64,000 bases of DNA. Origin: the human T2T-CHM13v2.0 reference genome, Homo sapiens. The stretch lies in NCBI RefSeq assembly GCF_009914755.1, contig NC_060927.1. One strand, written 5' to 3'. The translations under genes and the position numbers were made by a program. The notes under the pieces are model-generated. The model was not told the DNA's origin. It searched no databases and worked only from the letters and a program-made list of their open reading frames with translations. Shown here in pieces: positions 1-10,999 of this stretch (position 1 is the stretch's first letter; the number at the start of each line of letters is the position of its first letter).

Positions 1-1152
1 CAGGCAAAACTTCATGAGAGAATAGTAACAAAGATAAAAAAAGCAGTGTTCTCAAATTATCTCTAACCCACCTGATAACTTTGAGTTAAATGGCCTCAAC
101 ATTTTGTGATGCTTTTCCCTCTTATAAAGTAAGGAGTATAGATGAGGTGAGGTATCCAATTTCATTTAGCTTCAATTTCCTGTAATTTGACGGCTGTCAA
201 GCCATGCTTTGCTTTGTTCTGTTTGTGAGTCAGAGCAACTTTAAGGCAGTATATTAACTAGGAGAACTATTTCTTTACTTTTAAACTTCAAAATTATGAT
301 GACATAAGTATTTTAAAGAGCATTTAGAAAGTAGACAAATGAAAAATTTTTAACATTTTGGAATGCTTCTTTTATTTCTTTTTGAAACCTAGGTTTTTGG
401 TGGTAGTGGTGATATTTATTTTTGCCAAACTAACCATTCTGTGTAATTTTGTAGCATTTTGGGTTGATGACCACTGTAAGTCTAGTATTCCCATACGTGT
501 TAAAATTTATCTTTACAATTAATATATTTTCACTGAATTATTTAATTATAAATTAAACTATAATTTCAAATACATGTTCAATGAGATATTATTAGGCATT
601 ACCTGAAAAGGATTTCTGGAGAAAGAAAGAATTTCTGGTTAAAAAAGGGTTGAGCAGGTTTTCCTAGTGCAGTACTCTTGGTCTCTAGGATGGAGCTACA
701 GCATAAAACATCTTCCAAATTTACTTCACAAATTAGCCCTTAGATTTCATGAATTACTTATAATTTTTGTTTGTAGACCACAGTTTCTTTGCTCTTCAGT
801 ATTACACTTGCTTATGTGAGTTTCTAAAACTAAGTTTAATTTTGGAAATTCTTAATTTTCTATTTACGTTTTGAATTGTGTTTAAATATAAAATTAAGTT
901 TAGTAGAAAGCTAGGTTTTTATTTCTACCTACAAATTCAATGTCCCATCAATAGAAAAAAATTCTCAATAATATTTTAAAGTTACTTACTTTAGTCTTTG
1001 TCGTTAAAAAATAAAATTTACCAGGCAGAAATGCTCCATAAGCTACCTATGGAGGAAATATAAATATTATTATTACCTACTAATATTAATATACAAAATG
1101 GTCAATTATGTGTATAGCAGTTAAATATATATAAAAGTTAAATATTTATAAA

Positions 1153-1735
1153 TGATACAGGACTCACGTGTTTGTATGCCTGCTGTGCAGTCACAGTCTG
1201 ATATATTGATAAACAGAGTTTGCAGTAGAGAAAGAGTTTAATGATTGCAGGGCAGCTGAGTGAGGAGATGCGAGCACCCTCAAATCTGTCTTTCCATAGA
1301 GTACTTTGCTGGGGTGAAGGGATTGTAGAGGGCCAGGGGCTGGAAAATTGGGGTCACTGACTGGTTTGGGTGAGGGGGATTAAATCACCAGGATGTAGAA
1401 ACTTCGCCCTTTAGTGAGTCAGCTTCTCCTGGAGTCCTTCAGAGCAGCTGATGTCAGTAGTTTCACTGGTATGTAGGATCTGAAAGAATACCTCAAAGAG
1501 AAAACTTAACATTTCACAATGCTCAAGTTGTTATCTATGAGTAGTTAAGTTTAACTATAATCTTGTGACAGGATATAAATGATTGTGGGGCCATACCTAG
1601 TGAACAATTATGAGGAAGCAGGACAGACAGCAAGTTAACATAATGTTTAAGGCTGGATGTGCTGGAAGCTTGTTTTTATTTCATCCCCTCCCTCCTTTCC
1701 CAAATAATTTTATAAAGATTATAGGGGTGGTTTCA
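1153..1735 (-). mobile_element. ERV1-class solo LTR (LTR49-like)
   Basis: About 583 bp with TG...CA termini. The reverse complement begins TGAAACCACCCCTATAATCTTTATAAAATT and carries ATTAAACTCTTTCTCT near its 3' end, as in MER4-group LTRs. Subfamily is from recall. Confidence 0.75.
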
Positions 1736-1896
1736 TTATATATATAACTTCTAATATTTTATCGGTTAATAAAAGCTCAAATTTTCTCGACATTTTTGTT
1801 GATTAAGCTAATAAGGTGGCTTTTACCAATGGATCTTGAAATGTGGTATGCTAAATGAATTTCTGTTTTCAAAAAGAATTGTGCATGATCAATAAC

Positions 1897-1954
1897 TCAC
1901 TAAAACAGTAGGCAAGTAAACTATATCACTAAGACAGTAGGCAAGTAAACTATA
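1897..1954. repeat. 29-bp tandem duplication
   Basis: tcactaa(a/g)acagtaggcaagtaaactata x2, one mismatch. Confidence 0.95.
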
Positions 1955-2067
1955 TTTTTAAATTTACTAGTGGTGCAATCTTGTGCAAGTCACCTGACAC
2001 TTTATGCCTTAATTTCTAAAAGAAAAAAAGAGAACTTCCTAAATTACAGAGTTGGGATCAAATATGA

Positions 2068-2120
2068 ATTAGAAATATAAATATGAAGATATTGGAAATA
2101 TTAGAAATATGAATATGAAG
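2068..2120. repeat. short direct duplication, period 32 bp
   Basis: attagaaatat(a/g)aatatgaag at 2068 and 2100. Confidence 0.7.
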
Positions 2121-3384
2121 GTACCTGCCATAGTGTTAGTGACTAACATATACTTAACTATCATTGACAAAATTATTATTCTTTTCTTTTTTGAAATAAT
2201 GGAGACATAGTAGACAAGATTTTGTTAATTTGAGGTGTTTTAACTCTTTATTCAGTAAGTTATTTGTAAAAATTTACAGGAAGAACTGAAGGGATATAAA
2301 GGGTTCATAATAAACACAGCAGATGATTTCTGATCCTTAAATCCAGAAACTGGGCCCTAGTCTATTTTGCTTTCTTATTTCTAGCAAACTACCTAGAAAA
2401 AGTTGGAGAATGGCACTTTTTTTTATTGATCTCAGCTTCAAAAATTTCAAATGTAGTTTTTCATTAGTAGTAGTAATTCAAGCTAGAACATATTATATAT
2501 TTAACATTACACTAAGTGATTTACTTTTATATGTTATTTAACCTTAAGAATATTTCATGGATATATTTATATTTATTTTTACAGATTAAAAGATTGTTAT
2601 TAGCAGAGGTTGAGTAACTTGCTGAACTCTGATACATTGCTAAGGAGTAATTGACCTATAATTGAGTCCGGTTTCTTCTAAATACTATGCTCCACTGTAA
2701 ATACATGAGATTACAGGTTAAAGTTTGAGAATTACTTCTAAGTAATAAATAGCTCACTCAATTTTAATATCGATTCTGGTAAACTTCTTTATAAAGGGTG
2801 TAGCATTCTTTATAATGTTTGGGGCTGGGTCAGGGAGAAGGTAATGAAAAGAGAACAGAGCAGATAAGAAACATTTTGCACATCTGACTTCCAAACTGAT
2901 CCTCTAAATAGATTTTTTTATGCTATCTCATCAAACTGAAACTTTTTGATGGATATAGAAACAAAAAATATTGTATTAAAATATTGAGAAAGATTGAGGA
3001 GAAAGATAGAAAATTTTTTTCAAGAGAATCAAACTATATTATTTAAGGTATATTTCTGTGTGAATCTTGAAAGTAGGGAAAGAAATATGTCAGCAAAAAT
3101 ACTAGAAGTAATTTATTCTTTCATTGTCACAAAAACATTAATCAATTGATTAATATGTAGCAATCATTAATCTAGGATGCTCTTGCTCTGACTTATATTC
3201 CTTTCCCAAATATTCCAAACAATGACCTTGTATTAATAAAAGAAGACATTAAAGTAGTATATTGATATTTTACAAGCACTAAGAATGTATATTTTGAAAT
3301 TTTGTGGTGATCTGATGAGTGACTTTGAGTCTCAAAATTAGAGAAGTTTCTAATAATTCTGGATTAAACAAAATGTGAAGGGAG

Positions 3385-3516
3385 TTAATCTTGAAAGCAA
3401 AAGAAAAATAACTCATCCATAGAAGGAAACGACTTTATGATTAACATCTGACTTTTCATCAGAAACAATGATAGTCAGAACACAATGGGATAGCACATCC
3501 AAAGTGCTGAAAGAAA
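3385..3516 (+). mobile_element. old L1 ORF1 fragment
   Basis: Translates as LTSDFSSETMIVRTQWDSTSKVLKE, resembling the L1 ORF1p segment ADFSSETMEARRQWxxIFKVLKE. Confidence 0.7.
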
Positions 3517-3708
3517 GAATATTTCTTTCTGTTTATGTCACCAAAGTTGTAATGTGCATAGGATTTATATGTAAAGGGGAAAAACTTTAAGAGGAATTAG
3601 ACATAGTCAATGGAAAGAATATGACCAATAATGTGTTCTAGGTCTGGCTTGGTTAGATATAACGTGTTTAACTTTGGATAATTCATGAATCCTTTGCAAA
3701 TCTTTGTT

Positions 3709-3875
3709 TCTTTGCCTCCGATATAACTGGGCTGAAGTCAACACTAAAAAGCTTGAACTCCAAATATTGTGTATATCTGTTATTTCAAGTTATCTTTGCC
3801 TCCGATATAACTGGGCTGGCGTCAACACTAAAAGCTTGGACTCCAAATATTGTGTATATCTGTTATTTCAAGTTA
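3709..3875. repeat. 84/83-bp tandem duplication
   Basis: tctttgcctccgatataactgggctg...gttatttcaagtta at 3709-3792 and 3793-3875, about 4 differences. Confidence 0.95.
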
Positions 3876-4398
3876 GTATATTTTATGTTTCCTTCTTGAT
3901 GGAAGCTTGTCTTATTTTGTTCTCTACAGTCTGTATTTTTTTCTTTTCATAATTCTGTAGCAATTGTTTTCCAAATATAAAAATAATTCTTTTGTGCTGT
4001 GTGAAAATACGTGTGCTTTTATTTAAGCTGCCAGACAGATGTGTTATTTCAAGTGGGAGACTATGATTTTTCTCTACAGATGATGGGTAGGGTTTTGTTG
4101 TTGTTGTTGCCGTTTGTTTGTCTAACTTTACCAGTAGGTAGATTATTTGAATGACTGATCTCATTAACGATCATTCCTTCTAAATCTGTCTCCTTTCCTT
4201 CAGGTCTTTCACCTGAGTGACATTAGAAATTCTCAATACAGTTGGTATTGTGCCCAGCTAAATCCATCTGATTTTTACTTTTAAAAATGGCAGGTTGATG
4301 TAACATTTCATCATACTATATAAAAGAGAAAAATCAGAGCAAAATGTAATTGACAGTTTTCTGAGTTTCTTTTAGTCTTAAGTTTTGAAATTGTTTTT

Positions 4399-4727
<329 letters not shown>

Positions 4728-4846
4728 TAAAATTGTCATTATAATACTTGATAACATAAAATAAACGAACTAAATCAAACATCTGAAAATGATGCTAACG
4801 TAGTTGGGTGCTGGCTTTAAAAAGTCCATTATGTCCTTTACCAATT

Positions 4847-5268
4847 ATGTTAGTTTTCTAAGGTGGCACTTAAACACATGCACACACACATAGACTGGGT
4901 GGCTTAAACAACAGATATTTATTTTCTCACAGTTCTAGAGGCTGTAAATCCAAGGTCAAAGTGCTCCTCTGAGGACCATGATGGAAGGATCTGTTTTAGG
5001 CCTCCCTTCTTGGCTTGTAGGTGGTTGCCTTCTCACAGCTCTGTCTTCACGCAGTTGTACTTCTGTGCATACACGTAGCTGATTTTTACCCCTTTCCAAA
5101 TTTTATTTTATATGGACATCATTTTTATCGGATTAGGACCCACCCCGAGGGCCTCATTTTAACTGAATTCTTATTTAAATCATCCGAATATGGTTACTTT
5201 CAGAAATACTAGGCTTTAGAATTTCACCGTATGAATTTGGGGAGAGGGGAGCAGCGTTCAGCCCATAA
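4847..5268 (-). mobile_element. MLT1 (B/C-like) MaLR solo LTR
   Basis: ctgggtggcttaaacaacaga...tttattttctcacagttctagaggc...ggattaggacccaccc...ttcagcccataac. Confidence 0.8.
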
Positions 5269-5707
5269 CTAACACATGGTAAGTAACCATTGACCAGGTT
5301 AATCATGTTACTCAGAAGAGATAATTCACTTTGTTAATAGGAAGCAATTTTTTTCCTCAGTAGGTGTAAGAGTGTGTGTCAAACAGAAGTAACATTTTAA
5401 CGTATAAGAGATGTAGCTGAGCTCTAAATATAGGAGACAGTATGATAATTTTTTACATTTCAAATTCTCTGCCTGCATTAGAATATTTTTGCAGAATGTG
5501 TAAAAAAAATCTAATGAATTGATTGGAATGTGCAGGAACAAGAAATATGGTTGTGGTTTTTACGTAAAGCTTTTATATAGTTCCTTTAAAAATATAATTA
5601 TCTCATTTACCTATTTCCTTAAGGCAATGGGTGTATTTTGTTTTATTATTTTTGATCCCCTGATTTTTCTGACTATGGTTCACAAAAAATCCGTAAGATA
5701 AAATACA

Positions 5708-6005
5708 ATCCTGCACTTTATCTTCATGCAAGTTTTTTTCTGCTAAATTAATATTTTGTATATTTTTATTTTGTATATATTTGGTATAATTCTGTTAATA
5801 TTTTATATATTTTGTATATTTGTATATGAGATGCAGATGCTTTAGACAACATGAAAATATCTTTGAACATCCCTATTTTACCAAGGAAGAAAGATAACCA
5901 AAGCACATGATTTAATAGATTTGATAATTAACTGGTAAGTTACACGAGTTTCAATTTCCCAGAACTCTAATATATATCCCTGCATTCTTATCATGAAATA
6001 TACAG
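5708..6005. repeat. dispersed duplicate of 7089-7386 (about 297 bp)
   Basis: Direct alignment with about 13 differences (about 95% identity, counted by eye). Confidence 0.95.
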
Positions 6006-6178
6006 AAAGCACCATTTTGTTGCATGTTGTTACATTTATTTATATTGTACACATGATCTCAAAGTTTATATTTTGCCACCATTTATGCATGAATTTTTCA
6101 TGACAAATATTCCTAAGTATTCCCATTATATGTTTCCCAGAATAGTGGTTGTACTATTATCCAACTGTCAATTTATTT

Positions 6179-6293
6179 ATTTATTTATTTTTTCTGTTTA
6201 TTTTTAAGGCTAAGTGTGAGTGGAAAAGAAAACAAGAAATCTGTAACTGGTTGTGATTAATTAGTTTGGAACACCACTACATTTGGACTAGCC
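6179..6293 (-). pseudogene. RNY3P: retroposed Y3 RNA pseudogene with A-rich tail
   Basis: The reverse complement GGCTAGTCCAAATGTAGTGGTGTTCCAAACTAATTAATCACAACCAGTTACAGATTTCTTG...CCACTC...TAGCCTT matches hY3. A-rich tail at 6179-6205. TSD tgtcaatttattt (6166) / tgctaatttattt (6294). Confidence 0.9.
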
Positions 6294-6629
6294 TGCTAAT
6301 TTATTTTTCATCTACACTTACCTCATCAGCACTCCCTACTTCTTGCTTATCTTAAGCAATTGAAATTTTCACCCAAGCTTTAACCTAGTTAGAAATATAT
6401 TTTTCTAAAATTCAAACTCCATACCGTTAAGGTCATACCTTTCTGAAATGTAGTCATATTTTCACTACTGTTTAAACCCAAACATTTCTAACTCTGTGTT
6501 GCAGATATGGATATGAAGAGGCTACTGCTACAAGTTTATGTAGGTTGGCTATTTTCCCCGCACTTTAGTGACTGATCACTGTTTCTTTACGAATGGATGT
6601 ATTTGTCTTGTTCTATAGTTACCATTCAT

Positions 6630-7115
6630 TGAATTGTTACATGTGCAATCACTATTGTATATGAGCTGTTCAGATATGTGTGATGTACACGTGCGCAGGG
6701 ATCTTTGTCCTTTGTGATTAGTGTAATTGTGCATACCCATCTTGTTTGTGAGTCTCTTGGTCATTCCAAACTAAGCTAATGATCCTGTACTTTATCTTCA
6801 TGCAACAGTTCGAATTGTTTGATTTGTTTATCTTCATGCAATTGTTTGAATTGTTTATCTTCATGCAACAGTCTGAATTGTTAAATGTGCAGTCAATATT
6901 GTATATGAACTATTCAGATATGTGTGATGTACATGTGCACGGGGATCTTTGTCCTTTGTGATTGGTATAATTGTGCATACCCATCTTGTTTGTACAAGTG
7001 CACAGGGATCTTTGTCCTTTGTGATTAGTGTAATTGTGCATACCCATCTTGTTTGTGAGTCTCTTGGTCATTCCAAACTAAGCTAATCATCCTGTACTTT
7101 ATCTTCATGCAACAG
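6630..7115. repeat. complex serial tandem duplication (three partial copies plus a stutter linker)
   Basis: 6630-6808 is re-copied at 6874-6993 and 6991-7115. Linker 6809-6873 is made of tttatcttcatgcaa and gaattgttt pieces. Confidence 0.9.
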
Positions 7116-8024
7116 TTTTTTCTGCTAAATTAATATTTTGTATATTTTTATTTTGTATATATTTGGTATAATTCTGTTAATATTTTATATATATTGTATA
7201 TTTGTATATGAGATGCAGATGCTTTAGACAACATGAAAATATCTTCGAACATCCATATTTTACCAAAGAAGAAAGATGACCAAAGCACATGATTAATAGA
7301 TTTTAGAATTAACTGGCAAGTTACACCAGTTTCAATTTCCCAGAACTCTAATATATATCCCTGCATTCTTATCATGAAATATACAGTAACAAGGAAAGAA
7401 ATTAATATATTAAAGTATCTTAATCTATCCAATTAAATGGTATTTTGAAAAGGACTTTAATGCTGTCTTTTGACATTGAAATAAAGTGAGTTTATCTTGA
7501 AATTCTGTAAGATAATGAAGAGTTGGTAATTACATCTTTACAGTTTATTGCTCTTTAAATTGCAGAATCTTCATTATTTCTGCGAGAGGTCACAAGCATG
7601 TTCATCTTAACTTGACTATTATACAAATAAGTCTTTATTAATACGTCTATAGAAGTAGCCAAATCATTCATTCCATGACTAGGCAATTAAGTAATCCTGT
7701 TAAGATAAAGAAGTAATGACTCAAATTGGTTGGGTAAAACTGTAAGACACAATGTCAGCAAGGTGAAATAACTTCTCTTTAGCACTTTGCCTAAATAACG
7801 TTTTTTTTTTAAAGAGACATATGCAAAAAGAACATGAATGTGTCATGAATTAATTTGTGCATGGTTTCCCTATACAATAGTCACAGTAGCAACCACAATT
7901 ATGGTAAATTAAAAGTTGTAAAACTAAATGTTTTTAGATCAACAGTTTTCTCTTTAATGCTTTTATCAATTTAATGCTGGCCTATTTTTCTGGGCTTCCA
8001 TACAGACTTTATAATTAGTTGGAT

Positions 8025-8265
8025 ATAGTGGTTGTATGATTAATAAAATACAGACTGTGGTGCTGCCATGCTTGCATTTGAATCCTGCCTCAGCCACCCA
8101 ATATGGCATGAGTGACGTCAAGTCAGAACCTGGGTTTTCTCACACAGAAAAATAGTCATAGAAACATCAATCTCATAATGTTGTGTGTTGGTTAAATAAG
8201 ACAATTTGTAAAATTGTCAAAGCACAATAGCTACACATAACAGGCATTCAAGTATTAGTGCCTAT
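8025..8265 (+). mobile_element. MIR
   Basis: Degenerate MIR core (tttgaatcctgcctcagccac...gttttctcacac...aaatagt). Confidence 0.55.
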
Positions 8266-9781
8266 ATTCTGATCTCTGTTGCCCTCACTTTTCTATTCCC
8301 CCAAATGATAACAGAAGCTATATTTACAATCACTATTCCACTCTATAATTTCTGTTGTGGAAAAATAGAGAAATCTCTATTTTCTTATGTAGTAACTTTT
8401 ATCTGTATATCTACTTGAGTCTCTAGAATTATATAATTTTCACATATACAATTAATTTGACCTTCGGTCTCTACAGATAGTTTATCAACACACTGCTACA
8501 CATAGACTCAGGTCTTTGATTTCCACAATGTGTGTGTGTGTGCATGTGTATTTATTAATATGTTTTATTTTCTGGCTGTTGAGTTGATGGGAGAAAAGTG
8601 AAGAAATCATAAGTAAAATTTTTACTCCAAGATAATGTGCTGATTTTTCTTTTAAGGAGTACACCAATATAACTATTTAAACTTGGAACTATTAAGCTAT
8701 CTTTTTTTCTCTTTTTTGTAAGTATCTCAAGCTGAAATGACTGTCAGCAGGATGAGGCACATGCCAGTATATACTGCCAATTTGAGATAGTTCATATCCC
8801 AGGACTTTTTTTAGAATTGTCTATATGCCAATCTTGAGAAGATTTCAGTTACTTGCAGAGTTTTCCTTTGTTCAGAAGTGAACTCAGTTCAAATATATTG
8901 ACTTCACTACTAAAAGTGTATAAGTCAACTTTCTATAACTGGAGACAACTGACTCAACTTTTAAAATAATTCTAGGTGTCCCTAGGATTACTATATATTA
9001 ATGCAAAAAGGGGTATAACCACATACTACAATAACTACAATAATTAAGATAACATATAAAATTACAAACAAATTCATGGCACTCAGATTTAGTAGGTATG
9101 TATGGCCCTTACACATTTATTTATCCTAATAATTTGTTCTGATGGCAAAAAGTACCCAAGTAGAAATAATACTGTTAGAAGGCATGGAGGAATCTTGCAT
9201 TTTTCATTATAATTTCGTATATAATTTTGTTTTTAATGCATAGTTACCATGCATTAAAAACCAACCTTATTTTTAGCCTCTTTAAATAAACACAGTTACA
9301 CAATCAAGATGGCAGAGATTTTCAGGAATCACCTTATCAAGTTGCCCATTTCTAAGAGTATTTGGAAGCAGATATTATGTTACTAAAAACAGTAACTAGG
9401 ATGCCGTAACTGCCTTGAAGTAATATTGACTGTAAGTATCTTCAGTGTCCAGAAGTTTTCCTGGCATACAGCAAATGCTCAATTACAGAGTGAACAATTT
9501 TAAGAAGATTTAAAGGCCACAGGAGAAGTATAATCTTGAAAAATAACTTCACATGCTAATTCATTTTTTAAATTTACAATAGTTTGTTTTTGTTACGTTA
9601 TTTTCGAAAATGGTTGCGATCAAGGTGACACATGCACACATGATCAGAGAGGCAGTTAATTAGGACAATAGGTGCCTGAATCAAGATTTGCTGTTCTGTT
9701 TGTATTTCATATGTTGCAAAAATAATATATTTACACCAAAGTTTTTGATGGTTTGGCTGTCAACACTATGGATATTATGAC

Positions 9782-9857
9782 TGTCCCCTCAGGCTTTGCT
9801 GGCGAGTCTACATTTATCATGTCCCCTCAGGCTTTGCTGGTGAGTCTACATTTATCA
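9782..9857. repeat. 38-bp tandem duplication
   Basis: tgtcccctcaggctttgctgg(c/t)gagtctacatttatca x2, single CpG-type difference. Confidence 0.95.
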
Positions 9858-10291
9858 GGTTGTCTCCTTCCTCTGCTTATCTTCCATCATTGCTGCTCTG
9901 ATAGTATTGAAGTAATTGTAAATCTCTCCCATTGGATTATTTTTTCAAGTTTTGAAATTTTTAATGTATAAATTGTTAAGTTTTGATAACCTACATTTTA
10001 GTTTATTTACTTATTTTCATGGTACATATTTAAGGCATACACATATGCCATGAAATTATTACTACAATCAAGCCAATTAACATATCCATCACCGTCCATA
10101 GTTATATTTTTATGTGATTGGCAAGAGCACCTAAAAAATATACTTTTAGAAAATTTTCAGTACAGAATACAATATTATTAACTATTGGTAACATACTATA
10201 CTTTAGATACAACTTACTCATCCTACATGACTGCCAGTTTGTACCCTTTGATCTGCTTTTTTTCATTTCCTCTTAATCCTTATCCCTGATG

Positions 10292-10542
10292 GCCACCATT
10301 CTACTGTTTCTATATACTTGGCTTGTTTTTAGATAGCACATAGATAGCACATAGAATAGCCACCATTCTACTGTTTCTATATACTTGGCTTGTTTTTAGA
10401 TAGCACATAGATAGCACATAGAATAGCCACCATTCTACTGTTTCTATATACTTGGCTTGTTTTAGATAGTACATAGATAGCACATAGAATAGCCACCATT
10501 CTACTGTTTCTATATACTTGGCTTGTTTTTAGATAGCACATA
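10292..10542. repeat. 67-bp minisatellite, about 3.75 copies, inside L1MA
   Basis: Units start at 10292, 10359, 10426 and 10492 and are nearly identical. Confidence 0.95.
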
Positions 10543-10787
10543 CAAGCGAGATCATGAAGTATTTTTCTTTCCATGTCTGGTTTATTTCACTTAGCATAAT
10601 GCCATCCAGGTTCATCCATATCATCAAAAATGGCAATTTTAATCTTTTTTTTAAGACTGAATACTATATATATAATATTTATATTATTATTACAGAGTTT
10701 ATAAGATTATAATATGATATATAATATATTATAACTATACATCATAGTTTCTTTATCCAATTGTTTTCATAGCTTGGCTATTGAGAA

Positions 10788-10999
10788 CTATACTGCAATA
10801 AACATGGGAATACAGATATATCTTTCGTATACTGATTTCAGTTCCTTTGGGTATATACCCAGCAGGGGGATTGTGGAGTCATACACTAGCTCTATACTGC
10901 AATAAACACGGGAATACAGATATATCTTTCATATACTGATTTCAGTTCCTTTGGGTATGTACCCAGCAGGGGGATTGTGGAGTCATTCAGTAGCTCTAT
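10788..10999. repeat. 104-bp tandem duplication inside L1MA
   Basis: Copies start at 10788 and 10892, with ctat microhomology at the ends. Confidence 0.95.

Noticed and set aside
4180-4260. Strong-looking splice acceptor tctcctttccttcag|G
   Set aside because: There is no convincing donor or reading frame downstream, and such motifs are common by chance.
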